Source: Candidatus Hodarchaeota archaeon
GTDB taxonomy: Archaea > Asgardarchaeota > Lokiarchaeia > Sigyniarchaeales > SOKP01
Assembly: GCA_048887225.1 (NCBI GenBank)
Contig: JBHLJY010000001.1
Location: 64,001 to 128,000 of the forward strand
Reading direction: 5' to 3'
Length of the DNA: 64,000 nucleotides
The notes beneath the pieces are model-generated. The model saw only the letters and a program-made list of their open reading frames with translations, was not told the origin of the DNA and made no database searches. Shown one piece after another: positions 49,047-61,400 of the stretch. The first letter of the stretch is position 1. The number at the start of each line of letters is the position of its first letter. Both the position numbers and the translations under genes were made by a program.

Positions 49047-50012
49047 ATGACCACACAAGACGAATTTATTCAAATATCGAATTTATTCAATTCATTAGGC
49101 ATAATTGAAAAAGGTATTGAACGAGTTTATCATTATTTGTTAAAAAATAAAAGAATTGATAATTTAAAAGAAGTCTGTGATCAGTATGATCTATCTTTAA
49201 AAAGAGGTTATAAAATCTGTTCTGTATTGAACGATTTAGAATTAGTTCAAATTTACGATAGACCAATGAAAGTCAATTTAACAACTCCTCTTGTCTCGAT
49301 TTGGCAAAAATTGATCAACAAGCGTATAGAAGCCTTGAAATATGAATTTGAGGACGAAAAGCAGCGATGTTCTGTTTATCTTGACGAATTTATTAAACAA
49401 TATAATTTGAAATCCTTAGAGGCTCCACAAGAGCCTGTAGAATTGCTTCTTTTCGATATTAAAAAAATCGATGAGATGTATTATCCATTTTTAACCCGCA
49501 GTGAATGTAAAATTGCGGCAGGTATTAGATACGAAAATCCATTAATTTCTTTCATCAGGACCAATTCGATAGAAGAGATCGGAAAGAACTTAAAAAAGTC
49601 TATAATAGAAAGTATGAATAAAATTAAAGAAAACCTCAGTAATATTAATATAAAAGTTGTTTTTAATAACGAGTTAATTATTGAATTGCTAACAAGTAAA
49701 GAATTTGCGGTTTTATACGAACAAATCGAACCTGTTGAATTTGAATTTAAAAGCCTTAAAGTTCATATAACAGAAGAACACTTTAGTAATTTTATTTTAA
49801 CCGATGAAGAGTTAATCCAGCCAAGTTTCGATCCTACCAACAAGCTAATGGGTTCTTTTATATCTCGCAACGAAAATATTTATCACATTTTTTATGCTAA
49901 ATTTAACGAGTTATTTGAAAAAGGAATTCCGATAAATAATTTTATCTCAATATCTGATATTTCAATTAATTCCCTATCGGAAAAACAAACATTTACCTTG
50001 TGTTTATTGTAA
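49047..50012 (+). CDS. TrmB-like winged-helix transcription regulator
   Basis: N-terminal RVYHYLL...GYKICSVLNDLELV HTH pattern, coiled coil, C-terminal effector-like domain. Confidence 0.55.
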   Translation: MTTQDEFIQISNLFNSLGIIEKGIERVYHYLLKNKRIDNLKEVCDQYDLSLKRGYKICSVLNDLELVQIYDRPMKVNLTTPLVSIWQKLINKRIEALKYEFEDEKQRCSVYLDEFIKQYNLKSLEAPQEPVELLLFDIKKIDEMYYPFLTRSECKIAAGIRYENPLISFIRTNSIEEIGKNLKKSIIESMNKIKENLSNINIKVVFNNELIIELLTSKEFAVLYEQIEPVEFEFKSLKVHITEEHFSNFILTDEELIQPSFDPTNKLMGSFISRNENIYHIFYAKFNELFEKGIPINNFISISDISINSLSEKQTFTLCLL

Positions 50013-50097
50013 AAATCATTCAATTAACTATTGTTTAAATAATAGCCCCAGCACTAATTTTTAAAAATAAAAAAGAAAGCAAAAATAGTGATAGATT

Positions 50098-50832
50098 ATG
50101 TCAGAAAAAGTATTGTATGTAGAATTAACACCTCGAGAATTTAAGGAGCGATTATTAAAGGCTCCGATTGCATATTTACCTTTAGGTACTCTTGAATGGC
50201 ATGGTAGGCATATGCCATTGGGAGCAGATGGATTGATATCTTCTGGATTTTTTATAGAACTTGCGAAGAAGGTTGGTGGAATAGTTCTTCCAATGCTCTT
50301 TTTAGGACCCGACAATTCAAGAATTGTTGATGGAAAAGAATATTATGGGATGGATATTAAAAGTTATCCTTCGCAGCACCCTCAAAAACTTTTAGGTAGT
50401 GCTTATTGGATAAATAAAAAGCTTTTTAGGGATGTCCTTATAGAAATCTTAAAACAACTTAAAAGGGCAAGTTTTAAAATTGTTGTAGCACATGGCCATG
50501 GTCCATCTACATTGGTTTTCTATAAGAGTATTAAAAAATGGAGGAAAGAATTTGGTCTTGAGCTTTTTATATGCTGGAGAGATAAAGAAACAGATGGGCT
50601 TGGAATACAAACGGATCATGCTGCTGCAAATGAAACATCCCTTATGATGGCTTTAAGACCAGATCTCGTCAAAATTGAAAATCTTTCAAAGGAAAAGGAT
50701 AAAAAACCACTTGGACTTCAGGGCAAAGATCCCCGTGAATTTGCGAGCTCTGAGAAGGGAAAGAGAATAATATCTTTACAAATAGAGCGAATAGCAGAAA
50801 TTCTTAAAGAAACATTAAATAAAATTAATTAA
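50098..50832 (+). CDS. Creatininase family protein
   Basis: PLGTLEWHGRHMPLGAD, HGHG, DHAAANETS. Confidence 0.9.
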   Translation: MSEKVLYVELTPREFKERLLKAPIAYLPLGTLEWHGRHMPLGADGLISSGFFIELAKKVGGIVLPMLFLGPDNSRIVDGKEYYGMDIKSYPSQHPQKLLGSAYWINKKLFRDVLIEILKQLKRASFKIVVAHGHGPSTLVFYKSIKKWRKEFGLELFICWRDKETDGLGIQTDHAAANETSLMMALRPDLVKIENLSKEKDKKPLGLQGKDPREFASSEKGKRIISLQIERIAEILKETLNKIN

Positions 50833-50901
50833 GAGATCATAAGTTATAGTATGATGATATTTTTGATTCTTTTAAATATTTAATTATAAAAGTATATTGT
50901 C

Positions 50902-53553
50902 ATGAAAAAAAACAGTCGGAATATTGCATTAATAATAATTTTAATTTTGGGACTTCAAATCTTCTCAATTCTTATATCTAATTTCTATAATAATGATTAT
51001 TATAGAGCCTTTAAAGAAACTGAATATATTTCCGATAAAATACCAAAAATACAAAATGGTTATCCCAAAACTCTTTTAATAGATGATATGGAAAACATAG
51101 ATGATTGGGTAAATCTTAGCTGCGAAAAATCTCTCTCAACTGACTGTACGCAAGGATCTTATTCGTTGAATATGACGGTTAATTCAACTAATGGACAACA
51201 ATCAGTTGTAAAGGATGTTAATTCTACATCATTAGGATTTAATTTTTCGCTTTATGATACTCTCGAATTTGACCTAAAAATCACAGGATCAAATTTCACA
51301 GCATTTTCAGTCGCATTAAACCAGAGGCCTCAGTTTGAATTTGTGATATGGTATCGTAGTTATCGAGATTCTCAATGGCACCATGTAGTCATCAATTTAA
51401 AAAAACCAGCAAAAGTTAATATGGCATACTTCGACTTACACGTTCTAGTACTCTCTTTATGGGGTCATGAAGATTATGAGGAAGAAATTTTTTCCATTTT
51501 AATAGATAATATGTATTTATCGTCATCGGGGATTAGATTAACACCTGATTTAGATTATAAGGATATTTCACCAGGGAATTCTGTGAACTTTGTAGTCGAA
51601 TTAGAACATATACATGGTACGGCATCTGAAGATTTTTCAATTACTCTTAATAAAAATAATCTAATTGAATTTGACGCTAATCTCAATTGTTCTATTCTTT
51701 CAATCTTACCAAACAAGAGTAAAAGTTTTACTGTAAATTTCACGGCTCCCATTCCTGCTAGTGTAGACGTATGTGAATCTGTAAATGTGTTTGTCCAATC
51801 TCAATCCCAACCAGGAAAGAATTATTCAATTACTTTAACATGTGGCGTCCAAACGAATAGAGATCGCATATACTTTATGTCTGATTATTATAATGGAAGT
51901 TATGAGTTATTCTCAATGAATCCCGATGGAACTAATGTAACGAGATTAACGTATAATAAAGATGACGAACATACAGTAGTGTGTTTATCACCTGATGGAA
52001 CATTAATAGCATTTACTCGCTCCAATGAATCTAATAATGCTAATTATAGAGAAATTTGGGTATTGAATCTTACCGATATGACAGAATGGCAAGTTACGCT
52101 TAATAATTGTTCTGATTCCCATCCTGATTTCTCCCCTGATGGAAAAGAATTATGCTTTTTTTCTAATAATCGATTTCCAGGAGATAACGCTTCAGTTTAT
52201 ATAATAAGTATTAACGGATCTAATGAACGACAATTAACTCCAGAGAATTATCTTTGTGCCGATCCATCTTGGTCAAGAAAAGGAGATAAAATTGCTTTCA
52301 ATGCATTGCCACCCGGCGGAACTAATACATGGGATTTTGAAATTTTTACTATAAATGCGACAGATGGAACTAATTTAACACAAATAACTAACGATAATTT
52401 CTGTGAGACCGATCCCTATTGGTCTAAGGACGATGAATGTATCTTATACGATCGTTATGTTGGTCCTGGCGATTGGAACGATTTAAATAATGTTTTCGCA
52501 GATTGGGAACCTTGGGAAATACTTGAGTTCAATAGAACCTCCACTTTGGAAGAAAAATTACTTGAAACCATCGGTGATAATGAGGCTAAATATGCAATCA
52601 TCCCTACTTATTCTCCCGATAATAAAAAGTATATGTATTCTCGATATATTGACGAATATGGAATTTTCCGTTGTTTTATTGACGATCGCAAAGGAAATAC
52701 AGTTGAATTAGACTTACCATATAATGTTTTATGGGCAGATTGGGGTCCTCGTAGGGATTATGTCCCTCGCCCAGACTTAGCCGTTGTAAATATTTCTTCT
52801 AATCCAGCGTATAATCCAACAAATCCGGCATGTAATGAAATAACAGCAACAATTAGAAATGTTGGAGATACTCATTTGACTTCTGCAAAAGTAATATTTA
52901 CAGATGGACATCCAAAATTTGGTGGTACCTCAATTGGAAGTGTAAAAACAATATCTAATTTGGCACCGGGTCAATCTATAGAAGTATCATCCGATTTATG
53001 GTTAAACCCAATGCTTGGAGAACATTTTGTATATGCAACTATTTTAAATTCAACTCCTCAAGAAAATAATATTTTAAACAACCGTAACTTCACAAAATTT
53101 TACTTTAAACCACCAATGAGTTTTATATTAAGCTCTAATGCAGGAGAACCACATAAAAATGGAGCTTTTATGTTAAATTGGTCAATTTCCATTGGTGCTG
53201 ATAATTATTCGGTTTATATTTACAACCGCAATATAACTATCTTAAACGATAGTATTACATTAGTACAAGAAGGAATTACTAAAATCAACTATTCAACTTT
53301 AAGATCTAACGGAAATTATTATTTTGTTGTTGTTGCGGTTAATAAAACTGGTCGCACACTATCTAATTGCATTTTAGTTTCAATTCAAATTCCATCTATC
53401 GGTGAAGGTGATGATGATGACGATGATGAAAAAGTTATTGATATGGGGGTTATTATCGTAGTCATACTTCTTGCTAGCATCGGCGGTGGTGTTGCTGTTG
53501 TTGTATTAATTAAAAAGGGAATATTTAATATCTCTAAACTGAAAAGAAAATAA
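50902..53553 (+). CDS. Membrane-anchored cell-surface protein with TolB-like (PD40) beta-propeller, CARDB and Ig/FN3-like domains
   Basis: N-terminal signal/TM, repeats SPDGTLIAF/FSPDGKELCF/WSRKGDKIAF, PDLAV...IRNVG, acidic linker, C-terminal TM and basic tail. Confidence 0.82.
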   Translation: MKKNSRNIALIIILILGLQIFSILISNFYNNDYYRAFKETEYISDKIPKIQNGYPKTLLIDDMENIDDWVNLSCEKSLSTDCTQGSYSLNMTVNSTNGQQSVVKDVNSTSLGFNFSLYDTLEFDLKITGSNFTAFSVALNQRPQFEFVIWYRSYRDSQWHHVVINLKKPAKVNMAYFDLHVLVLSLWGHEDYEEEIFSILIDNMYLSSSGIRLTPDLDYKDISPGNSVNFVVELEHIHGTASEDFSITLNKNNLIEFDANLNCSILSILPNKSKSFTVNFTAPIPASVDVCESVNVFVQSQSQPGKNYSITLTCGVQTNRDRIYFMSDYYNGSYELFSMNPDGTNVTRLTYNKDDEHTVVCLSPDGTLIAFTRSNESNNANYREIWVLNLTDMTEWQVTLNNCSDSHPDFSPDGKELCFFSNNRFPGDNASVYIISINGSNERQLTPENYLCADPSWSRKGDKIAFNALPPGGTNTWDFEIFTINATDGTNLTQITNDNFCETDPYWSKDDECILYDRYVGPGDWNDLNNVFADWEPWEILEFNRTSTLEEKLLETIGDNEAKYAIIPTYSPDNKKYMYSRYIDEYGIFRCFIDDRKGNTVELDLPYNVLWADWGPRRDYVPRPDLAVVNISSNPAYNPTNPACNEITATIRNVGDTHLTSAKVIFTDGHPKFGGTSIGSVKTISNLAPGQSIEVSSDLWLNPMLGEHFVYATILNSTPQENNILNNRNFTKFYFKPPMSFILSSNAGEPHKNGAFMLNWSISIGADNYSVYIYNRNITILNDSITLVQEGITKINYSTLRSNGNYYFVVVAVNKTGRTLSNCILVSIQIPSIGEGDDDDDDEKVIDMGVIIVVILLASIGGGVAVVVLIKKGIFNISKLKRK

Positions 53554-53782
53554 GGATAAATATAAATTTTTTATTTTTTCTTTTTTTTTAATTTTGTCTT
53601 AGATTGAATCATATATCCGTTCTAAGATATAAGATTTATCATTTTAATCATTCATAATCTTCAATATTGGATAATAATTAAATAAATAATTCATAGATGT
53701 AAATCTTATATATAGCATATGATTCTACTAGATTATATTATCATATCGTTTTTAATTATTAAAACAACTTGTACTTTAACTT

Positions 53783-54667
53783 ATGAAACGCAGATATAAA
53801 ATTATTATTGAACTTCTGCTAATTATAATTCTTGCTTATGTTGGATATTGGTTCTACTTTTATTCTGGTTTAAATCAAATCTTAATTAATTTAATTTTAT
53901 TAAATATTTTAATTTATATCGTACGCACTTTTCTTATTAATTTTGTAAACGCAATAATAAAAAATCGCATATTTAAATTCACATTTTCTCTTATTGTTAA
54001 TCTTATTTGGATTATATTTCTATTTACACTATTATTTTTCATCTCACCTACATTCACAATTTCAATTATTTCTTTCTTAATCATAGCAATCTCTTTAACA
54101 TTTCAAGATGTTATCAACAATATTGCTTCAGGCCTTATGATAATCTCGAAAGAGGATGTTGAAATTGGTGATTTAGTGGAAATTAATGGTATACAAGGAA
54201 TAATAAAGGAAATAAATCTAAATTATACAGTTATAGAAGATTTTGATGGAACTTTAACATATATTCCTAATAGAATAGTTTACAATGCGTCAGTGGTTAA
54301 ATTTACGCATAGAAGATTAAAAATAGGTAAATCAGCAGATGAAAGAAGAAAGTTAATGAGATACGTTAAGGATTTTAGCAAATTTCTTTCACGTGGAAAA
54401 AAATTAACAAACTATACTAAAATTGTTGAAATTACATCGGCTGTAAATCCTGATGAATTAGAAGCTCTATTATCCTCCGTTTTCGATAAATATCAGCCAA
54501 TCTTTGGAATAAGACCCGATTATGTAATAGAAAAAACAGCTTTGGATAGATGTGTGATAACATTACTAGTCATGTCAAAAGAGCCAATTTTGGTTATTAA
54601 ATACTTAGATAATTTCTTAAAAGATATCGTTTATAAATTATATTCTAATAAAATCGCTGGGGGATAA
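53783..54667 (+). CDS. MscS-family mechanosensitive channel
   Basis: TM helices, QDVINNIASG, IGDLVEINGIQG, YIPN. Confidence 0.85.
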   Translation: MKRRYKIIIELLLIIILAYVGYWFYFYSGLNQILINLILLNILIYIVRTFLINFVNAIIKNRIFKFTFSLIVNLIWIIFLFTLLFFISPTFTISIISFLIIAISLTFQDVINNIASGLMIISKEDVEIGDLVEINGIQGIIKEINLNYTVIEDFDGTLTYIPNRIVYNASVVKFTHRRLKIGKSADERRKLMRYVKDFSKFLSRGKKLTNYTKIVEITSAVNPDELEALLSSVFDKYQPIFGIRPDYVIEKTALDRCVITLLVMSKEPILVIKYLDNFLKDIVYKLYSNKIAGG

Positions 54668-54718
54668 CATAATTTAAAATTAGGTGATAAATTGAAAAAA
54701 AAAGAGGTTCCGTATTAA

Positions 54719-55591
54719 ATGGCACTTTTTAATTCTGATATAGAAGCAATTATATATATCATAATCATTGGCATAACTTTATTCATCATAAGTAAAACCG
54801 CAACATATCTCATGAGACATGTTAAAAAAATATCTATAAAGACAGAGAATAAAATCTCATTCATATTGAGTCTTATTTTTTTTGTAATCATAGTTTATTT
54901 AGTTATTGAAGGATTTCCTTCATTTGAGCAAATTGATCCGACATACGCAGCAATTCTTACCGGTGCCATTAGCACGGCTTTAGCATTTGCCTCTAGTGGA
55001 GTTTTCAAAAATTTGGTGGCAGGAATTGTTTTAATGTTTGTGGGGCCATTTGATATTGGAGATATTGTAAAAGTTGAAGATAATAAAGGAATCATACGGC
55101 ATATTACTCTCTCTAAAACAATATTAGAAACGTTTGATGGAAAATTTATTGAAATCTCAAATACAGAAGTTTTCTCATCTTCTATTGTAAATTATACAAA
55201 AAAGTTATATAAAGTTCGTAATTTTGAACAATTCTTGAAAAAAATTCAAACCCCTCAGGTTAAAGCAATGGCGGAATTAAAGGAATTGGACGAGACGTAT
55301 TTAAGAAAATTATTTGAAGATTGTAAAAAAATTCGTAATCCGATAATTCATAAATATACATTTAGAATGGAATATCCTATAGAACGATTTCGTAAGAAAA
55401 TGGAGGAAACTCATGAATTATGTCTAAAATATAGAGAAAATTTTGGAGCACGTCCATGGTACGATATTGTAAATTTTGGAGCTGAAATTCACGTTAAATT
55501 TACAATATTAACATTAGATTCCAATACAATTCTTGAAGATCAACCGAAATTTGCCCATGATCTCTATAAAATTATACTTCAACATAATTAA
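54719..55591 (+). CDS. MscS-family mechanosensitive channel
   Basis: ALAFAS..FKNLVAG, PFDIGDIVKV, TFDG..IEISN. Confidence 0.85.
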   Translation: MALFNSDIEAIIYIIIIGITLFIISKTATYLMRHVKKISIKTENKISFILSLIFFVIIVYLVIEGFPSFEQIDPTYAAILTGAISTALAFASSGVFKNLVAGIVLMFVGPFDIGDIVKVEDNKGIIRHITLSKTILETFDGKFIEISNTEVFSSSIVNYTKKLYKVRNFEQFLKKIQTPQVKAMAELKELDETYLRKLFEDCKKIRNPIIHKYTFRMEYPIERFRKKMEETHELCLKYRENFGARPWYDIVNFGAEIHVKFTILTLDSNTILEDQPKFAHDLYKIILQHN

Positions 55592-55759
55592 TATCCATTT
55601 CATTAATCATACTAATAACTACTTTATATTTCTCGAAATGCATAGCTTAATGAATTTCTTTGAGATCTACAGATTAATATTTTATTAAGATCAGATGTTT
55701 ATATTAATCGGCATTTATCCGTTTACAAACTAAGGAAATAATCTCTAAGGGTGAATAAA

Positions 55760-56156
55760 ATGATAAATATATGGGCAATTTTAGTTTTTATTGCGATATA
55801 TTTTATATTGGGTGCTCTTTGATACTCGCCACTTCTTTTTGGTAAAATATGGGCTAAAGCGATGAACTATAATATTGATGAGTTAGAAATGAAACTAATT
55901 AATTTTATAGGGGGCTGCGATTGCTGCTTTCGTTGCTAGGTTTTTCCTTGCTCTTCTCTTAGAAATAATTGGGACTTATAATATTTTTATAGGGATTCTT
56001 GTAGCATTAGTCGTAGGAATAGGTTTCGTTTTAACAATAGGATTTTATGACGTATCATATGAAAATAAAAATATTAAAGTATATTTAATTGATGCGGGAT
56101 ACCATATAGTAGCTCTGATAATTGCGGGATTAATTCTCGGATTTTGGCAAATTTGA
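55760..56156 (+). pseudogene. DUF1761-family membrane protein, disrupted
   Basis: MINIWAILV...LGAL*YSPLLFGKIW (TGA at 55820 replacing Trp), frameshift in G5 run 55910-55914, then ...YLIDAGYHIVALIIAGLILGFWQI. Confidence 0.78.
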
Positions 56157-56291
56157 ACTCATATCTATTGTACGAATTGTTTTTAATAGTACTAAAGCTC
56201 ATAGTTTTCAAGTTCATATAGCCATTAAAAATATAACTTATATCTCAATTTAATTAAAAATAACATAACATTTCCCTAAATTATTTTAGGC

Positions 56292-58079
56292 TTATGCTGG
56301 AATTAAAACAATAAAATTAGAACCTTTCTTATAATCATCTTTTATTCTATTGTCTATCCAGATTTTTCCATTATAACTGTCTATTAGTTGTTTTACAAGT
56401 GATAATCCAATTCCCATACCTCTGGTCGAGTTTTCATCGTTGCTTCTCCGCTGAAAAATTGCTACTTTTCTTTCATCATGTATTCCTACACCATTATCAA
56501 TAAATTCAATTTTACAATATTTTTTATTCTCTAATTGCATCTCAGAAATTCTTATTTGAATTTCTATTACTAGATTAATATTATGTCTTACTGAATTCAT
56601 TAAGATATTTTCGAAAAGATCTAAAATAAGCTCGTTCGCTATTGCATAATGATCTTCTTCAATTGCCTCTACATTTATATGGAGGTTTCGATTTTGATAA
56701 ATTTCGTCAATAAATACAATTGCATCCATTAAATTTTTATTAATGTTAACTAACTCTAATGGCATTTCAGTTTCTTCGAGTTTAGACAATTTAATAACAT
56801 TCGAAACAAGTTTTGAACCTCTGAAAACATTTTCTGTTATAGAACTTAAAAAATCCTTTTTGTCTTCGAACATTTCTGGCCTTTTTTTAGATAATTTATA
56901 CAATTCTACGGAAGATTTTATTGATTGAAGTATGTTATTCATGTCATGAGCAATTAGTTCTTTATAAAAATTCGCACGGTTATATGCCTCTCGGTATCTT
57001 TTTTCTGATTCCTTAAATTTTTGTTCCGCTTTTTTTCGCTCAGTAATATCCCTTCCAATCGCTACAATTAGAAGATTACCATCAAAACTCCTAAAAGTTT
57101 TTCCAGTATATTCAAATGGAATAGTGCGACCTTCTTTTGTAATAAGAGACATTTCAACAGTTGTTTCTCCCGTGCTTAATGCCTTTTGTGTTGCTTCTGC
57201 TGCTTTCTTTAAATCTTCCTCGCTATAATAAGAATCAGGAGCTTTCAGTGAAGCTATCTCATCATCAGTATAGCCAGCAACTTTGCGAAAAGCCTCATTC
57301 CACCTAATTGCTTTGCCAGTTTCGGGTTCAAAAACAAAAATTGTATCGATTGATGTATTTAAAATATTATCAGTAAATTCTTTTACGTTTTTTAAAGCTT
57401 CCTCTGAGATTATTCGTTCTGTGATGTCAATTCCATAAATATTTATATATTTTTCTTCTTGAATTGGTGTAATATTAAATGTATAAATTCGATCATTTAG
57501 TCCTATTTCTATAATTTTAGTAGAGTTTTTTGAAATTACACTATTAACGCCTTCCATTAATAGATATGGAATTTTTTTACCTTCGGTTATATTAAATAAT
57601 TTTTTACCAGCTTCATTGATATACAAGATTTTTTCACTATCAACTCTTAAGACGGGGTTTGGATTTTCAGAAGGAAACCTTGCAAGATCGGCAATTTTTT
57701 TTTCAGATTTTTTGCGCCCTGAGATATCTATAACCATTGAACGTGATTCAAGTACATTTCCATTATTATCTATGATTGGATTTACTGATAAACTAATCCA
57801 GATAATATCCCCATTTCTATGTTTAAATTGTAATTCTTCGTCTTTTATTTGCTTACTTTCTAAGAATCTTTTAAAAAGCCTCTTCGCTTTCTGTAAACCA
57901 TTCTCTGTGTTAGCATATAAATCAAAAACTTTCATATTTAAGAGTTCTTCTTTACTATAACCTAAAAGTCTTTCTGCTGCTTTATTACACCTTATAATTG
58001 ATTTATCAGGGCTTATAGAGAAATAGGCATTTGGAGCTTCTTCATATAGATCTTGATATTTATTCTTCGATTCTTTCAA
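56292..58079 (-). CDS. PAS-domain sensor histidine kinase (3 PAS)
   Basis: DITERK PAS ends, H-box IAHDMNN, N-box NILMNSVRH, DNGVGI, GMGIGL. Confidence 0.9.
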   Translation of the reverse strand: MKESKNKYQDLYEEAPNAYFSISPDKSIIRCNKAAERLLGYSKEELLNMKVFDLYANTENGLQKAKRLFKRFLESKQIKDEELQFKHRNGDIIWISLSVNPIIDNNGNVLESRSMVIDISGRKKSEKKIADLARFPSENPNPVLRVDSEKILYINEAGKKLFNITEGKKIPYLLMEGVNSVISKNSTKIIEIGLNDRIYTFNITPIQEEKYINIYGIDITERIISEEALKNVKEFTDNILNTSIDTIFVFEPETGKAIRWNEAFRKVAGYTDDEIASLKAPDSYYSEEDLKKAAEATQKALSTGETTVEMSLITKEGRTIPFEYTGKTFRSFDGNLLIVAIGRDITERKKAEQKFKESEKRYREAYNRANFYKELIAHDMNNILQSIKSSVELYKLSKKRPEMFEDKKDFLSSITENVFRGSKLVSNVIKLSKLEETEMPLELVNINKNLMDAIVFIDEIYQNRNLHINVEAIEEDHYAIANELILDLFENILMNSVRHNINLVIEIQIRISEMQLENKKYCKIEFIDNGVGIHDERKVAIFQRRSNDENSTRGMGIGLSLVKQLIDSYNGKIWIDNRIKDDYKKGSNFIVLIPA

Positions 58080-58486
58080 TTTTAGTTCTACCTTTTTGTG
58101 TATATCTTACTATTAAATAAAAAATTGACTTCAAGTTTTTAAGAATTGTTTTTATATTCCATAAAAACTCAATCCAAACTTAAGATTTAGAATTATTTTA
58201 AATAAAAATTATAGATATATCTTTACTTAGTTGTAAAAGAGTCTTTATATTTGATAAGTCCTCTTTTATTAATATTAATTTTATATATAGTGTTAGGATT
58301 GAGGATAAAAACATAACCTATATCTCGATAAATTTATAAATTAATTTAGCCATTTTTTATTTGTTTCTATTATACTTCATGGTATAATTATATAAGATAA
58401 ATAATAAAATCAGAAAATATTTGATTCTCATTTATTAATGAGACAGTTTTTATTTCTTATAATTTTAAAAAATAAAATGATTTAAC

Positions 58487-61400
58487 TTGAATGCTATAGA
58501 AAACCAGCTTAAGGAATTAAATAAAAAATTAATTGAATCAGAAGAGAAGTTTAGAGCTATTGCCGAACAATCAAATTTGGGTATTTGTATTCAGCAAGAT
58601 GACAGGATTAAATATATAAATCAACGATTGGCAGATTTAGTAGGATATACAATTGAAGAATTAAAAAGTTGGCAACCAAGAGAGTATGCAAAAGTAATTC
58701 ATCCAGATGATAGGGAATATGCAATAGAACAAGGAAGAAAAAAACAGTTAGGGAGCAATAATGTTGATACTAATTATCAATTTCGTTTAATTAAAAGCAC
58801 TGGTGAAATTATATGGGTTGATAATTATTCAAATGCAATTATTTACAAAGATAGCCTAGCTAATTTAGCTACTATTATTGATATTACAGAAAAAAAAAAG
58901 GCAGAGATAGAGTTGAAAGAATCCGAAGAAAAATTTAGATTAATTTCAGAAAAAGCAGATGACTTAATTTCAATTTTAGATAAAAAAATGAAATTTGAAT
59001 ATGTTAATGAACCAGTTCATTATCGATTGATGGGATATTCAAGAGAAGATCTAATTGGAAAAACTGGGTTAGAACTTATACATCCAGAAGATCGTGCAAA
59101 AGTTTTACAAGAATTTAATAAAGCTTTTAAAACCGGTGAAGCAATCGCAGAGGCAAGAATTAGAAATAAAGATGGGCAATATATCTGGACAGAAACTAAA
59201 GGTAAATCTTTTATCGATAAAAATAATGAACCAAAAGCTCTATTAATCACAAGAATTATTACAGAGCGTAAAAATGATGAAAAAAAATTAAAAGAATCCG
59301 AAGAAAAATTTAAAGCTCTTTTTAAAGGAGGACCAGTTCCTACATATGCATGGCAAAAAGTAAGAAACGATTTTAAATTAATTGATTATAACAATGCCGC
59401 CGAAGAGTTTACCTATAGAAATGTGAGAAATTATTTAGGATTAAAAGCTTCTGAGATGTATAAAGATCGACCAGATATCTTAAAAGATTTACATAGTTGC
59501 TTTGACACAAAATTCAATATTACTCGTGAGATGAAATATTACATCAACATTTTAAAAGAAGAAAAAGATCTTATAGTGAAATATAGTTTTATTCCTCCAG
59601 ATCTGGTCTTAGTTCATACAGAAGATATAACTCGTAGAAAAATAGCCGAAGAAAATTTGAAAGAATCAGAAGAAAAATATCGATTAATTATTGAAAATGC
59701 TCATGAAGGAATCTGGGCTATTGATAAAGACGCCAATATTACTTTTGTTAATCCAAGAATGGCAGAAATATTGGGTTATACTACTGATGAAATGCTTGGA
59801 AAGCATTTATTTGATTTTATGGATGAAAATCTTATAGAAATTGCTAAACAATATCTTGAACGCAGAAAAAGAGGTATAAAAGAACAACACGATTTTGAGT
59901 TTCTTCGAAAAAATGGAACAAAAATTACAACAAGCTTGAATACCTCGCCTATTATAGATAAAAACGGGAATTATGTTGGAGCTGTTGCGTTCATAACTGA
60001 TATAACTGTTCGCAGGAAAGCAGAATATGAATTAAAGGAATCCGAGGAAAAATATCGACATTTATTTGAAAACTCACCATTCATTATAGTAATACTGGAT
60101 TTAGAGGCTAATATTATAGATCTAAACTCAGCCGTCAATAATTTTCTCACTTCGCGTACGAAAAATGATTTAATCGGAAAAAATATAAGAGAAATCTTTT
60201 CTATACGTGAAGAGGAAAAACCAATAATCCCAATAATACTAGATCAAATAAAAAGAACGGTTAATGGAGAAACTACAGAACCATTTGAATTTCCTTTAAT
60301 AAGGTCAGATGAAAGTATTCAATGGATACGTTTCCAAAGTTCTTTAATAAATTTAGAAGATCAAAACTTAATACAATTTATAGGACAAGATATTACCAAG
60401 CGGAAGAAAGATAGAGATGAATTACGTTTACATAGTCAAATCATGAAAAATATGGCTGAGGGCGTGTGTCTTATTCGAGCCGACAATGAAACATTTGTCT
60501 ATATAAATCCCAGATTTAAGAAGCTATTTGGTTATGAACCTGATGAGTTGATAGGTAAGCATGTTTCAATTATAAATGCTCCAACTGCCATAAGTCCTAT
60601 GGAAACAGCAAAAAAAATAACAGATATCGTGGAAAGAACAGGAGAGTGGCATGGGGAAGTTAAAAATATCAAGAAAGATGGTACAACATTATTTTGTCAT
60701 GCTAATATCTCAACCTTTAAACATCCTGAGTATGGTAAAGTTTATGTCAACGTCATTATTGATATGACCGAAAGCAAGAAATCAGAACAAAAATTAGAAG
60801 AATCAGAAAAAAAATATCGCTATATTTTCGAGAACTCACGCAATGCTATACTTTTAATTAATCCTGATGGAATAATTATTGATTGTAATCCAAGTACAGA
60901 AAGAATAACTGGATACAAGAAAACAGAACTAATAAACAGGAATTTTAAAGATCTCTCAGTAATTCGTAAAAAATACTTAAATTTGAGTGTTAAACTTTTT
61001 AGAAAACTTTTCGATGGAGAGATTGTACATCGTGTAGATGTAGAATTTATAAAAAAAGGTGGTAGTTTGATCTGGGTGAGTATACACGCATCTATAGTTA
61101 ATATCAGCGAAGAGAAATTTATGATTGTGCTAATTTATGATATCACAGAGCGTAAAAGAGCCGAATTTCTTGTTGAAGAAGAATTAAAAAAATTGAAAGA
61201 ATTAGAGCAAATTCGAAAAAATCTAATTCTTAGAGTATCACACGAGCTTAAAACACCATTGATACCTGTATGTAGTGGAACTGAATTTCTTTTGTATAAA
61301 TATGAAAAACAATTAGAAGAAGAAGTAAGCGATATACTTAAAATGATAGAAAAAGGAGGCAAACGGTTGAAAATGCTGGTGAATAAATTACTTGATGTAT

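Noticed and set aside
53410-53428. GAT/GAC triplet run
   Set aside because: Encodes the Asp-rich linker of the surface protein.
55820-55822. In-frame TGA as selenocysteine
   Set aside because: It aligns to a conserved Trp, not Cys, and the gene also has a frameshift.
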